Shown: positions 9,283-18,952, counted from the stretch's first letter. The stretch is 27,061 nucleotides of DNA from Alphaproteobacteria bacterium (GCA_003246795.1 QKCS01000216.1:1-27061), one strand, 5' to 3'. Notes: generated by a model not told the origin, from the letters alone. Numbers and translations: made by a program.

Positions 9283-9294
9283 GGGAATGCGGGG

Positions 9295-9323
9295 AATATA
9301 GCGATGGGCGACCGCCGCGCCAA
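9295..9323 (-). promoter_or_regulatory. sigma70-type promoter for the rimP-nusA operon
   Basis: TTGGCG-N17-TATATT. The GCTATA context matches alphaproteobacterial -10 boxes. Confidence 0.55.
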
Positions 9324-9335
9324 GGCCCGTTCGAG

Positions 9336-10061
9336 TCAAATCCGAACAAACCGCAGGTAGACACACCGCCGTCCCGCCTGAAGGGCCTTCCGCTCGTACC
9401 GCGTCGCGGGCCAATCGGCGGGACGGACGCGCCAATCGGCGGCCTTCTCCGCCGCCCAGCGGAAGCGCCCGTCGCGCATCAGGTGCGAAAGCGCCCACGA
9501 CGCGTAGTCGGCATGGTCCGTTGCAAGCCTGAACTCGGCCCCGACCTTCAAGACGCGCGCGAGATCATCGAGCGTCTGTTTTTGAACGAAACGACGTTTG
9601 TGATGCCGCGCCTTTGGCCAAGGATCGGGGAACAGCACGAATATCTTCGACAGCGAAGCGTCGGACAAACGTCGAAGAACGTCGCGCGCATCGCCCACAT
9701 GCACGCGCACGTTCGAAAGGCTCACCGTCTCGATTTGGTCGAGCAGCTTGGCCACGCCATTCACGAACGGCTCGCAGCCAACGAATCCGATGTCCGAGTG
9801 GATGCGCGCCTGTGCGGCCAGATGCTCCCCGCCCCCGAAACCGACTTCGAGCGCGACCTCGCGCGCACCCGGAAACAGCGCCCGCAAGTCAATGGACCCG
9901 TCGGGAAGAACGACCTTCGGCAACAGCGTTTCGATGAGCGCCGCTTGACGAGAACTCAGCGGCCGGCCCAATCGCCGGCCGTAGAGGTCGCTGCGCCGCC
10001 GCGCGGGCGTCGTCAGGCGGCGAGGCTCTTGAGCTGCGGCACCAAATCCGTGCGTTCCCAC
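9336..10061 (-). CDS. trmB: tRNA (guanine-N7)-methyltransferase TrmB; start uncertain
   Basis: [39 protein letters not shown]. The true start may lie near 10016, overlapping the metK stop. Confidence 0.93.
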   Translation of the reverse strand: MGTHGFGAAAQEPRRLTTPARRRSDLYGRRLGRPLSSRQAALIETLLPKVVLPDGSIDLRALFPGAREVALEVGFGGGEHLAAQARIHSDIGFVGCEPFVNGVAKLLDQIETVSLSNVRVHVGDARDVLRRLSDASLSKIFVLFPDPWPKARHHKRRFVQKQTLDDLARVLKVGAEFRLATDHADYASWALSHLMRDGRFRWAAEKAADWRVRPADWPATRYERKALQAGRRCVYLRFVRI

Positions 10062-11179
10062 GAGAAGCCTCCGTCGGCTTCGGGCGCCCGGCCGAAATGG
10101 CCATAGGCCGCCGTGCGCGCATAAATCGGTCGATTGAGCTTCAGATGCTCGCGAATGCCGCGCGGCGTGAGGCTCACCAATTCGGGTAAAGTCTTTTCGA
10201 CCTTCGTCTCGTCAACGTTCCCCGTACCATGCAGATCGACATAGAAAGACATCGGATCGGCCACGCCGATCGCGTAGGCAATCTGAATCGTGCAGCGCTC
10301 CGCCAAGCCGGCCGCGACCACGTTCTTCGCGAGGTACCGCGCCATATAGGCCGCCGAACGGTCGACCTTCGTCGGGTCCTTGCCGGAAAACGCACCGCCG
10401 CCGTGCGGTGCCGCGCCGCCGTATGTATCGACGATGATCTTGCGGCCCGTGAGCCCGCAGTCGCCGTCCGGCCCGCCGATCACGAAGCGCCCGGTCGGGT
10501 TAACGAACAAGCCGTCGTCGGGACACATCCACCCGTCCGGCAGCGACGCCTCGATGTAAGGCTTCACGATCGCGCGGATGTCGCGCTGGTCGAGCCCGTC
10601 GATATGCTGCGTCGAGACGACGACCTTCGTCGCCCGCACCGGTTTGCCGTTTTCGTAGAGCAGCGTCACCTGACTCTTGGCGTCGGGCAACAGCTCCTTC
10701 GCCTTGCCCGAATGACGGGCATCGGCCATGGCCTTCAATATCTTGTGCGACAGCAGGATCGGCGCCGGCATGAGCTCGTCCGTCTCACGACAGGCATAAC
10801 CGAACATGATCCCCTGATCGCCCGCGCCTTCGTCCTTGTTGCCCGCGGCGTCGACGCCGACGGCGATGTCGGCGGATTGCGAATGGACGAGGCATTCGAC
10901 GCGCGCGTTGCGCCAGTCGAAACCTTCTTGCTCGTAGCCGATAGCTTTGATCGCGCCGCGCGCCGTCTCGATCATCTGATCATGGCCGACGGCTTCCGGG
11001 CCGCGCACTTCGCCAGCGAGAACCACCCGGTTCGTGGTCGCCAGCGTTTCGAGCGCAACGCGCGCCTCGGGCATCTGGCTGACCATGAGATCCACGATCG
11101 AGTCCGAAATCTGATCACACACCTTGTCGGGGTGACCCTCTGAAACGGATTCGCTTGTGAAGAGATAATTCTTTCGCAT
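10013..11179 (-). CDS. metK: S-adenosylmethionine synthetase
   Basis: [48 protein letters not shown]. Confidence 0.98.
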   Translation of the reverse strand: MRKNYLFTSESVSEGHPDKVCDQISDSIVDLMVSQMPEARVALETLATTNRVVLAGEVRGPEAVGHDQMIETARGAIKAIGYEQEGFDWRNARVECLVHSQSADIAVGVDAAGNKDEGAGDQGIMFGYACRETDELMPAPILLSHKILKAMADARHSGKAKELLPDAKSQVTLLYENGKPVRATKVVVSTQHIDGLDQRDIRAIVKPYIEASLPDGWMCPDDGLFVNPTGRFVIGGPDGDCGLTGRKIIVDTYGGAAPHGGGAFSGKDPTKVDRSAAYMARYLAKNVVAAGLAERCTIQIAYAIGVADPMSFYVDLHGTGNVDETKVEKTLPELVSLTPRGIREHLKLNRPIYARTAAYGHFGRAPEADGGFSWERTDLVPQLKSLAA

Positions 11180-11204
11180 ATCGGTAAGGCACTCGTCGTT
11201 CAGG

Positions 11205-11246
11205 AAAAAAAGAGCCGCGCTTGTCGCGGTCGCGAAAAGCGCGGCT
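11205..11246 (-). terminator. Intrinsic terminator between the XRE regulator and metK
   Basis: Minus strand AGCCGCGCTT-N14-AAGCGCGGCT followed by CTTTTTTT. Confidence 0.75.
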
Positions 11247-11270
11247 TTCTGTCAGGGATAGTCCGTTACG

Positions 11271-11741
11271 TCAAGCGCGTTGGGCTTCACGCAGCTCCAC
11301 GACGCGGAAATCCGGATAAACTTCTTCGTCGCCCGTGAGCGACTTCACCAGTTCGAGCATGCGCTTGCGCACGCGCGGGTCTGTGATCTTCGTGAACGCG
11401 CGCACCAGCTGGAAGCCTTCGGCGCTCGACACGAATTCCATCATGTAGGGGCCCTGATCGGCGTCGCCGGTCGGGGTGTGGCCGGGCGCGCGCCGCGCGC
11501 CGTTCTCGCCGACCGGAACGTCGTCGAAGAAGTACGACACCGGAACGCCAAGGATGTGGGAGATTTCATAGAGCCTGCTGGCGCCGATACGATTGGCGCC
11601 CTTCTCGTACTTCTGAACCTGCTGAAACGTGAGGCCCAGAAGTTCGCCAAGTTTTTCCTGGCTCATTCCGATCAGCATCCGACGCAAACGAACGCGGCTG
11701 CCGACATGCGCATCAACAGATGAGGGTTGCTTTTTGGCCAA
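11271..11741 (-). CDS. phrR: XRE/Cro-CI HTH regulator of the PhrR/PraR type
   Basis: VDAHVGSRVRLRR...SQEKLGELLGLTFQQVQKYEKGANRIGASRL. TTG start 9 nt after AGGAG. The lnt-regulator-metK position is where rhizobial phrR/praR sits. The symbol is inferred from synteny. Confidence 0.85.
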   Translation of the reverse strand: MAKKQPSSVDAHVGSRVRLRRMLIGMSQEKLGELLGLTFQQVQKYEKGANRIGASRLYEISHILGVPVSYFFDDVPVGENGARRAPGHTPTGDADQGPYMMEFVSSAEGFQLVRAFTKITDPRVRKRMLELVKSLTGDEEVYPDFRVVELREAQRA

Positions 11742-11825
11742 GGGGGGGAACTCCTGTTACGACTGACAAAGACGCCTGATTGCAGCACCAGCCAACAACC
11801 AAGCTCCACGGTACGTCATTGTCGT

Positions 11826-11846
11826 GGTCGTCTTTTTTTGACGACC
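11826..11846. repeat. Perfect inverted repeat upstream of the XRE regulator
   Basis: GGTCGTC-TTTTTTT-GACGACC. Confidence 0.6.
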
Positions 11847-11936
11847 TTGCCCCCCGAGGGCACTGTGCAGGCACGTATAAGATCGACGCCATCTTAGATT
11901 GACGTCTTCGGTTCGGCAATGTGGTGGGGGCCCAAC

Positions 11937-11967
11937 GGTTGCAGCGCGCCCCTCGCGCTTTGCAACC
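11937..11967. repeat. Long hairpin downstream of lnt
   Basis: GGTTGCA-GCGCG-CCCCT-CGCGC-TT-TGCAACC. Confidence 0.55.
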
Positions 11968-12024
11968 TGAAAACCAAGCCAGCCCCCAGTAGCCAACCTG
12001 GACTTCAATGATTCTCACTTAATG

Positions 12025-13662
12025 CTACGTGGTTGTAATGGTCAACTGCCTTGTGTGGGTCGGCCGGTAAAAAAACGAGCCTACACCGACCAGTGCGAGC
12101 AGAAGCGCGGCAAAAATCGTGTCGCCGACGAACGCGTAAACCGTCGGCGCGAGCGGCTTCGGCAGTGCGGCATCCAGGAATCCTGTCTTATCGAGTCCAA
12201 GCGACGAGATGATTCGCCCGTAAGGATCGATCACTGCGGAAACACCCGTATTTGCTGCACGAACGATCGCAAGGCCCTCTTCCGCGGCGCGGACTTTCGC
12301 GATTCCCAAGTGCTGATACGGCCCCGTCCACGGCCCGAACCATGAGTCGTCCGTCATGGTTACGAGCCACGCGGGTCGATGTCCCGGTTCGGTCACCGCG
12401 CCCGGAAAAATCACTTCGTAGCAAATCAAAGGACCGAAGGGCGGTGTCCCCGAGATAGCCATCGTCCGCACGCCGGACCCTTCGGTATAGCCGCCCGATC
12501 CCCCCGTCAGCTTGGTGATCCCAAGCGGCTCGAGCCATTGATAGAAAGGCAAGTATTCGCCGAACGGCACCAAATGGGACTTGTCGTAGACGCCGAGCAC
12601 GCGCCCGTCGCCGGAGATGGCGGCCATGCTGTTGAAGAAGCGCTGCTTGCCGCCTTCCTCGTCGCGGCGAACGACGCCTGTCAGGAGAGTCGTGCTCGGC
12701 GGCAAAACTTCTGCGATTACTTTGAGCCCCACTGGCTCCGAGAGAAGCAGGAACGGCGGCGCCGCCTCCGTCCAAATGACGTGCGTGCGCGTCTCGAGGC
12801 CGGGCGCACGCGTAAGGTCGAGAAGCGTCCGCCAGTTGCGCTCCATCAAGTCCTGCTTCCACTTCTCGGCTTGCGGCACGTTGGGCTGAACGATGCGAAG
12901 CGCAATGTCGGGGAAAACCGGCGCGGGCGCCGACGGCAGCCGAATCCATCCGAACAAGAAGAGCGCCGCCAAGATTGCGGGCGGCACGATCAACGGCCAC
13001 GCCTGCGACGATCGGCGGCCATTGGCGTCGAAGACGGCGGCCGGCGACAACACGGCGACGAGCGTCGCCAAGCTCAACCCGTAAACGCCGATAAGCGACG
13101 TAATCTGGAACATCGCGTCGAAGCCCGACCAAGCATAGCCGGGCAGGTTCCACGGAAGCCCTGTCAAAATGTGGCCGCGCAACCACTCGGCTGCCGCAAC
13201 CGATGCGGCAAGCAGCACGACGCGCGCCGAGCCCACCGACCACCGCAGACGCGCGACACCGGCGGCCGCAGCAAAGAAAAGCGCGAGCCCGCCCGGAAAC
13301 AAGACGGCGACAAACGGCAAGAGCCACGCATGGCGCTTCGCATCGACGACGAAGGCAAAGCCGACCCAATGCAAGCCGATGAAGAAATAGCCGGCGCCGA
13401 ACGCCCACCCGCAGATCGCCGCCGCAGCCCACGGCCTGCGTGCGCCGTCCGTCCCGTCGATGATGAACACCAACGCCGGAAAGGTCAGAAACAAGATCGG
13501 CCACGCATAGAACGGCGCGTACGCCAACGCGGAAACCGCGCCAAAACCCGCCGCAACGAGAAGCCGCCGAACGCCGCGCATCCCGCGCAGCCATGCTGCC
13601 GCGTCCGCGGCGCGTGAGAGGATATCGATACGGCGAAGTCCCTGAAGTACCGAGCTAACCAT
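12025..13662 (-). CDS. lnt: Apolipoprotein N-acyltransferase
   Basis: Hydrophobic N-terminal half; QPNVPQ, WTE, YDKSHLVPFGEY and ICYE (nitrilase E-K-C triad); RAANTGVS. Confidence 0.96.
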   Translation of the reverse strand: MVSSVLQGLRRIDILSRAADAAAWLRGMRGVRRLLVAAGFGAVSALAYAPFYAWPILFLTFPALVFIIDGTDGARRPWAAAAICGWAFGAGYFFIGLHWVGFAFVVDAKRHAWLLPFVAVLFPGGLALFFAAAAGVARLRWSVGSARVVLLAASVAAAEWLRGHILTGLPWNLPGYAWSGFDAMFQITSLIGVYGLSLATLVAVLSPAAVFDANGRRSSQAWPLIVPPAILAALFLFGWIRLPSAPAPVFPDIALRIVQPNVPQAEKWKQDLMERNWRTLLDLTRAPGLETRTHVIWTEAAPPFLLLSEPVGLKVIAEVLPPSTTLLTGVVRRDEEGGKQRFFNSMAAISGDGRVLGVYDKSHLVPFGEYLPFYQWLEPLGITKLTGGSGGYTEGSGVRTMAISGTPPFGPLICYEVIFPGAVTEPGHRPAWLVTMTDDSWFGPWTGPYQHLGIAKVRAAEEGLAIVRAANTGVSAVIDPYGRIISSLGLDKTGFLDAALPKPLAPTVYAFVGDTIFAALLLALVGVGSFFYRPTHTRQLTITTT

Positions 13663-14647
13663 TCACCGCGGCCATCGGCTTGTGGTGATCGCCCTGATCA
13701 TCAGCCGATGCGTCCGCGTTGCCGTCGGCATCTTTGCGTTTCGTCACCCGCACGCGCAACCGTTTAAGCCGCCGCGGATCCGCGTCCAGCACTTCGAACT
13801 CGATACCCGCCGGATGCATCACGATCTCGCCCCGTTGCGGCACGCGGCCGACGAGCGAAAACACGAGGCCCGCAAGCGTATCGATCTCTTCGGCTTCTTC
13901 CTCGTCGACGAGCTTGAAGCCGACGGCCTTCTCGATGTCCTCGAGATCGGCCCGCGCGCTGGCGTCGAACCCACCGTCCTTGCGCGCAACGATCGAGAGC
14001 GCCTCGTCCGTGTCGTGCTCGTCCTCGATGTCGCCCACGATCTGTTCGACCAGGTCCTCAATCGAAACCAAGCCGTCGGTTCCGCCGTATTCGTCGATGA
14101 CCAGGGACAAGTGAATGTGTGTCGATTGCATCTTCACGAGCAGGTTGATCACCGGCATGGACGGCGGCACGAACAGCACGTCGCGGCGGATATCCTGAAT
14201 CGACTTCGGATGCGGCGCCCCTTCCGTCTCGGGCATCGCCATGCCGATCAAGTCCTTGATGTGAACCATGCCGATCGGGTTGTCGAGCGTGTCGCGATAG
14301 ACGGGCAAGCGCGAATGCTGGGCATCGCGAAAGATGCCCACGAGTTCGGGGAGCGACGTCTCCTCCTCGACCGCGATGATGTCGGCACGCGGGACCATGA
14401 CGTCCGCGACCTTGAGCTCCCCGAATTTGAGCAGCTTCAGCATCATCGCGCGTTCGGACCGCGCGAGCGGCCGGTCGGTCGCTTCGCTTTCCTGGATTAC
14501 GGCCTCGAGGCTCTCGCGCAGGGCCGCGGCCTCGTCCTTGCCCAAAAGGCGGCGCACGAACGCCGAAAACGCCTGCGGCCAGAAGGACGGTCTTTGACTG
14601 TCGGGAACGCTGTCCGCGCTGGACGGGTCCGAATCTGAATCAGGCAC
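13655..14647 (-). CDS. corC: CBS-pair/CorC-HlyC domain protein (CorC/YbeX/TlyC family)
   Basis: VADVMVPRADI, HSRLPVY, VIDEYGGTDGLVSIEDLVEQIVGDIEDEHD, C-terminal CorC domain. GTG start overlaps the ybeY stop. Confidence 0.9.
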   Translation of the reverse strand: MPDSDSDPSSADSVPDSQRPSFWPQAFSAFVRRLLGKDEAAALRESLEAVIQESEATDRPLARSERAMMLKLLKFGELKVADVMVPRADIIAVEEETSLPELVGIFRDAQHSRLPVYRDTLDNPIGMVHIKDLIGMAMPETEGAPHPKSIQDIRRDVLFVPPSMPVINLLVKMQSTHIHLSLVIDEYGGTDGLVSIEDLVEQIVGDIEDEHDTDEALSIVARKDGGFDASARADLEDIEKAVGFKLVDEEEAEEIDTLAGLVFSLVGRVPQRGEIVMHPAGIEFEVLDADPRRLKRLRVRVTKRKDADGNADASADDQGDHHKPMAAVNG

Positions 14648-15122
14648 GGGACCTAGCTCTCGGCACGTAAGGATTGGGGATACCCATGGTCGAAAGGATG
14701 GCGACTTCGAGCCCCTCCATCAAGCGCGCAGCCTGCGCGCTGTGGTGATCATAGCCCAGCAAATGTAAAAATCCGTGTAAGATCAAATGCTTAGAGTGGC
14801 GGATAACAGGCTTCTTTTGTGCCTTTGCCTCGCGAAAAACGGTCTCGTGGGCAAGCGCCATCCCGCCAAGCGGAATCTGGGGGTCCGGAAACGAAAGCAC
14901 GTTCGTGGGCCGGTTCTTGGCGCGAAACCGGTTGTTAAGCTCTTGAAGCCGCGCATCGTCGGCCAGAACGACCGCGACCTCACCGACGGCCTGCCCCGCG
15001 ACCTCGGGCCGTCGTGCCGCCGTTCGCAGCAGCGCCCGGATGTCGGACCCAGCCTTCGGCCACGTCGTGCGCCAAGCCGGACATTCGATCCGCACTGCAA
15101 TCGTGAGCGACTTAGACGCCAT
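14640..15122 (-). CDS. ybeY: rRNA maturation endoribonuclease YbeY
   Basis: RAKNRPTNVLSFP and the metal motif HGFLHLLGYDH. ATG 15122 overlaps the phoH stop (TGATG). Confidence 0.93.
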   Translation of the reverse strand: MASKSLTIAVRIECPAWRTTWPKAGSDIRALLRTAARRPEVAGQAVGEVAVVLADDARLQELNNRFRAKNRPTNVLSFPDPQIPLGGMALAHETVFREAKAQKKPVIRHSKHLILHGFLHLLGYDHHSAQAARLMEGLEVAILSTMGIPNPYVPRARSRA

Positions 15123-16111
15123 CACTCCTGCCGCTTGGGCCGGCGCGTGTCGTAAACGGCATAGGCGCGGACGATCCGCTGCACCAGCGGATGACGAACG
15201 ACATCGGCTTCCGTGAACTCGACCATCTCGACGCCTTCGACGTCGGCAAGCACGGCCCGCGCTTCGGCGAGGCCCGAAGACACGCCCGGCGGCAAATCGG
15301 TTTGCGTCGGATCGCCCGTGACCGCCATCCGCGCACCCTCGCCGAGACGCGTCAGAAACATCTTCATCTGCTGCGGCGAGCAGTTCTGTGCTTCGTCCAG
15401 GATCACGTAGCAATGCGCCAGCGTGCGCCCGCGCATGAACGCCAGCGGCGCGACCTCGATGATACCTTCGTCCAAACGCCGCTGAATCTGTTCGGCCGGC
15501 AGCATGTCATAGAGCGCGTCGTAGAGCGGCCGCAGATAGGGATCGACTTTTTCCTTCAGATCGCCCGGCAAGAAGCCCAAACGCTCGCCTGCTTCCACCG
15601 CGGGACGCGACAGGATCAAGCGGTCGACCTCGCCGCGCGCGAGCATGCTCACGCCGACGGCGACGGCCATGTAGGTCTTGCCCGTGCCTGCCGGTCCAAG
15701 ACCCAACACAAGGTCATTGCGCAGCAGCGCTTCCAGATAACGCGCCTGTCCCGGCGTACGCGGCCGAATGTTTCGCTTCGGCGTCGTGACGCTCGATCCG
15801 CTGGGCACGACGGAGTCCGCGTTCAGCCCCAATCGGATCGCGCGATCGACGTCGGCCGTCGAAACGTCTTGCCCGTCCTCCGCATGAGCGTAAAGCTCAC
15901 GAAGCACTTGCGCGCCGTGCGCGCGTGCCGCACTCGCGCCATGCAGGGTGAAACGGTTCCCGCGCCGCGTGATTTCGACGTTCAGCTTGCGCTCGATTTC
16001 GGCCAGATGTCGGTCATGCGCACCGACGACGCGCGCCAAGACTGCATTGTCGGCGAATTCGAGCTGCGAGCCCTGCGCTTCGTCGCGCGCCTTTTTCGAT
16101 TTCGTGCTCAA
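15122..16111 (-). CDS. phoH: PhoH-family ATPase (PhoH/YbeZ)
   Basis: Walker [51 protein letters not shown] 16111 overlaps the miaB stop (TTGA). Confidence 0.95.
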   Translation of the reverse strand: MSTKSKKARDEAQGSQLEFADNAVLARVVGAHDRHLAEIERKLNVEITRRGNRFTLHGASAARAHGAQVLRELYAHAEDGQDVSTADVDRAIRLGLNADSVVPSGSSVTTPKRNIRPRTPGQARYLEALLRNDLVLGLGPAGTGKTYMAVAVGVSMLARGEVDRLILSRPAVEAGERLGFLPGDLKEKVDPYLRPLYDALYDMLPAEQIQRRLDEGIIEVAPLAFMRGRTLAHCYVILDEAQNCSPQQMKMFLTRLGEGARMAVTGDPTQTDLPPGVSSGLAEARAVLADVEGVEMVEFTEADVVRHPLVQRIVRAYAVYDTRRPKRQE

Positions 16112-17472
16112 TGGGCCACCGCGGCGATCGGAGTTCTGGCCGTCGAAACGAGCTCGCCGCGCAGACTGTGCGGCATCACTTCGCTGACGCGCACGCTCAC
16201 GATATCCCCGATCGCATGGTCCGGCGCAACGACATGAACCGCCTGAAGATAAGGGCTGCGTCCGATCAATTGTCCGGGATAGCGCCCGGGCTTTTCCAGC
16301 AGCACATCGATTGATCGGTCGAGGCAATCTTGCGCAAAGGCGGTCGCCTGTTCGTCCAGCAACGCCTGCAGACGCGCCAGCCGATCGGCCTTCACGTCGT
16401 CGGGAACTTGCTTGCGTGCGGCGGCGGCGGGCGTCCCGGGCCGCGCCGAGTACTTGAATGAGAACGACTGCGCGAACCCGACTTCGCGCACGAGGTCCAA
16501 TGTCGCTTCAAAATCGCGATCCGTTTCGCCCGGAAACCCGACGATGAAGTCGGACGAAAGCGCAATGTCCGGCCGCGCCGCACGAATGCGCCCGACAAGC
16601 CGGCGATAGTCGTCCGCCGTATGGCCGCGATTCATCGCTTCAAGCACGGTGTCCGATCCGGCCTGTACCGGCAGATGCAGATACGGCATCAGCTTCGCTT
16701 CGTCGCGATGGGCCGCAATGAGTTCGTCGTCCATGTCGCGCGGATGGCTCGTCGTGTAGCGCAGACGCTCTAGGCCACCGATGCGCGCCAAGTGGCGGAT
16801 CAGCTGGCCGAGCCCCCACGCCTCGCCGTCCACGCCCGCGCCGTGAAACGCGTTGACGTTCTGACCGAGCAACGTGATCTCGCGTACGCCGAGATCGACG
16901 AGATGCCGCGCCTCCGCCACGATCTGTGAGACGGGCCGCGAATACTCGGCCCCGCGCGTATAGGGTACGACGCAAAACGTGCAGAACTTGTCGCAGCCTT
17001 CCTGCACCGTCAGAAATGCTGCCGGTCCTTCGACGGCCTTCGTTTCCGGCATCGCATCGAACTTGTCGTCGGTCGGGAATTCGGTGTCGAGCGCCTTGCC
17101 GTCCCGCCCGAGTCTCGCGACGAGTTCCGGCAGCCGGTGATAGACCTGCGGTCCGACGACGATGTCGACGAGATCGGACCGGCGAAGCATCTCTTCGCCT
17201 TCGGCCTGCGCGACGCATCCGGCGACGGCCACGATCATGCGCTCGCCCTGCGCCGCCTTTTCCTGCTTCAGTGCCCGCAGCCGCCCCAACTCCGAATAGA
17301 CCTTCTCCGCCGCCTTTTCGCGGATATGGCAGGTGTTCAAAACCACCATGTCCGCCCCATCCGGCGCATCGACGATCGCATAGCCGTGCGGCGCCATCAC
17401 GTCCGCCATGCGGGCGGAATCGTAGGCATTCATCTGGCAGCCATACGTCTTGATGAAGAGCTTGCGCGTCAC
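16108..17472 (-). CDS. miaB: tRNA-i6A37 methylthiotransferase MiaB
   Basis: TYGCQMN, NTCHIRE, GCVAQ, radical-SAM CDKFCTFC, C-terminal TRAM domain. Confidence 0.97.
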   Translation of the reverse strand: MTRKLFIKTYGCQMNAYDSARMADVMAPHGYAIVDAPDGADMVVLNTCHIREKAAEKVYSELGRLRALKQEKAAQGERMIVAVAGCVAQAEGEEMLRRSDLVDIVVGPQVYHRLPELVARLGRDGKALDTEFPTDDKFDAMPETKAVEGPAAFLTVQEGCDKFCTFCVVPYTRGAEYSRPVSQIVAEARHLVDLGVREITLLGQNVNAFHGAGVDGEAWGLGQLIRHLARIGGLERLRYTTSHPRDMDDELIAAHRDEAKLMPYLHLPVQAGSDTVLEAMNRGHTADDYRRLVGRIRAARPDIALSSDFIVGFPGETDRDFEATLDLVREVGFAQSFSFKYSARPGTPAAAARKQVPDDVKADRLARLQALLDEQATAFAQDCLDRSIDVLLEKPGRYPGQLIGRSPYLQAVHVVAPDHAIGDIVSVRVSEVMPHSLRGELVSTARTPIAAVAH

Positions 17473-17478
17473 GTGGCC

Positions 17479-17506
17479 AGTCTAGCCGCTAATCGGTGAA
17501 TGAAAA
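17479..17506 (-). promoter_or_regulatory. Candidate promoter giving a leaderless miaB transcript
   Basis: TTTTCA-N16-TAGACT. The -10 box (GCTAGAC context) ends 6 nt before the GTG, and there is no SD. Confidence 0.45.
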
Positions 17507-17540
17507 GCGGCCGCACATATGAGTGAACGCGGGATCAAAC

Positions 17541-18431
17541 TCAAGCCGTGTTCGGCTGTAAACCATCGCCGGAGATCGGTCGGACTTCGATCGGCTCGTC
17601 TTCGTAGGCGGGCCCAACGGCGCCCGGACGGCCCGCCAGCGCATGCGCCACGCCGTCGGCGACAAGACGCTCGCATTCGGCGGTGAGTTCCTTGCGCGAC
17701 CGAAACTGATCCAACGTCAACGGCGGATGATAGTGCACCATCACGTCGATCGGTCCCAGGCAAAACGCTTCCCACAGATGGGGCACGAGCTCCATGTCGC
17801 CGTACCACGCAAAGAAGGGCCGCAGCTCCCGCCCCAAGGGAATGCCGTGCAGACGCGTGTAAGCGATCGAAACGGGTTGCACGAGCACGCGGCGCACCTG
17901 TCCGTCGGCGTCCTTGACCATCGCATCCGCGGAACTCAAGAGCGCGCTCTTGAACGGCAGGACGCGATTGCCGTCGTTCGACGTGCCTTCGGGGAACAGC
18001 ACGATCGTGCCGCCCTGCTCCAGCCGCTCGCGGATACGGTCGCGTTGCGCGGCGGCGCGCGTGCGACGCTCGCGTTCGACGAAGACCGTACGCGCGAGTT
18101 TCGACAGCGTTCCGAACAAAGGCCAGTTCGCGACCTCCGACTTCGCGATGAACGCGACGGGGATCACGGCGGCGAGCACCGGCATGTCGAGGTAGGACGT
18201 GTGGTTCGATGCAAGCAGCACGCCGCGCTCCCGGCACGGCCGCCCGAAGGTTTCGACGCGAATGCCCAAGAGCGCGCAAAGTCCCCGCGCGTACTTGATC
18301 GGCAGCGTGTCGCGCAGCGCCCAATTGAACTTCAGCGCCAGCCATTGCAGCGGCACGAATCCCACCGTCAGAGCCAGGAACCCCGCCGACACCCCGACGC
18401 CACGCAGGGTTCGCATGACGTCGCGCCTCAT
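17541..18431 (-). CDS. Lysophospholipid acyltransferase, probable lyso-ornithine-lipid acyltransferase (OlsA-like)
   Basis: NHTSYLD (HX4D), FIAKSEV, FPEGT. Sits next to miaB, as I recall for rhizobial olsA. ATGA overlap with fur. Confidence 0.88.
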   Translation of the reverse strand: MRRDVMRTLRGVGVSAGFLALTVGFVPLQWLALKFNWALRDTLPIKYARGLCALLGIRVETFGRPCRERGVLLASNHTSYLDMPVLAAVIPVAFIAKSEVANWPLFGTLSKLARTVFVERERRTRAAAQRDRIRERLEQGGTIVLFPEGTSNDGNRVLPFKSALLSSADAMVKDADGQVRRVLVQPVSIAYTRLHGIPLGRELRPFFAWYGDMELVPHLWEAFCLGPIDVMVHYHPPLTLDQFRSRKELTAECERLVADGVAHALAGRPGAVGPAYEDEPIEVRPISGDGLQPNTA

Positions 18432-18862
18432 TTCTTGCGCTTCTTTTCGCCGTTGGCGCCTTCGAGCGGGACGCCGTACAACTCAAGCCGGTGATCGACG
18501 AGCTTGTAGCCCAACTTCTCGGCGACTTGCCGCTGAAGCTCTTCGATTTGCTCGTTGTGAAACTCGATCACCTGCCCCGACTGAACGTCGATCAAGTGGT
18601 CGTGATGTACATCCGGTATCTCTTCATACCGCGAACGGCCGTCGCGGAAGTCATGCCGCTCGAGAATGCCTGCTTCTTCGAGCAGCCGGACGGTTCGATA
18701 GACGGTCGCGATACTGATGTGCGAGTCGATGGCGGCCGCGCGCCGGTGCAATTCCTCCGCATCCGGATGATCGTGGGCTTCGGACAGCACGCGGGCGATC
18801 ACCCGGCGTTGTCCCGTCATCCGCAGACCCTTTTCGATGCAGAGTTTTTCGATCCGATCCAT
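18428..18862 (-). CDS. fur: Fur-family metalloregulator (alphaproteobacterial Fur/Mur clade)
   Basis: GLRMTGQRRVI...DHPDAEEL...ISIATVYRTVRLLEE...HHDHLID; no CXXC pairs. Confidence 0.95.
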   Translation of the reverse strand: MDRIEKLCIEKGLRMTGQRRVIARVLSEAHDHPDAEELHRRAAAIDSHISIATVYRTVRLLEEAGILERHDFRDGRSRYEEIPDVHHDHLIDVQSGQVIEFHNEQIEELQRQVAEKLGYKLVDHRLELYGVPLEGANGEKKRKK

Positions 18863-18952
18863 CGTTCACCGTGTGCAGCGAGCACCTGAAAGTTTGTAGT
18901 CCATTCCGCGCCGCGCCGAAAGCAGGCCAATTTCCCTGAACAGAGTGCGGGC

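Noticed and set aside
11180-11270. SAM-II-type riboswitch upstream of metK
   Set aside because: The GCGCG/CGCG stem is present, but I could not find the conserved AAAU...GCUAAA pseudoknot strand. The element reads as a terminator.
11742-11748. G7 tract between the SD and the TTG start of the XRE regulator as a phase-variation switch
   Set aside because: Seven bases is short for slippage in a GC-rich genome, and there is no population data to support it.
11742-12024. PraR-type CAAC-N5-GTTG autoregulatory box and CtrA TTAA-N7-TTAA box
   Set aside because: Only half-sites and a CAAC-N1-GTTG are present. I found no full match to either.
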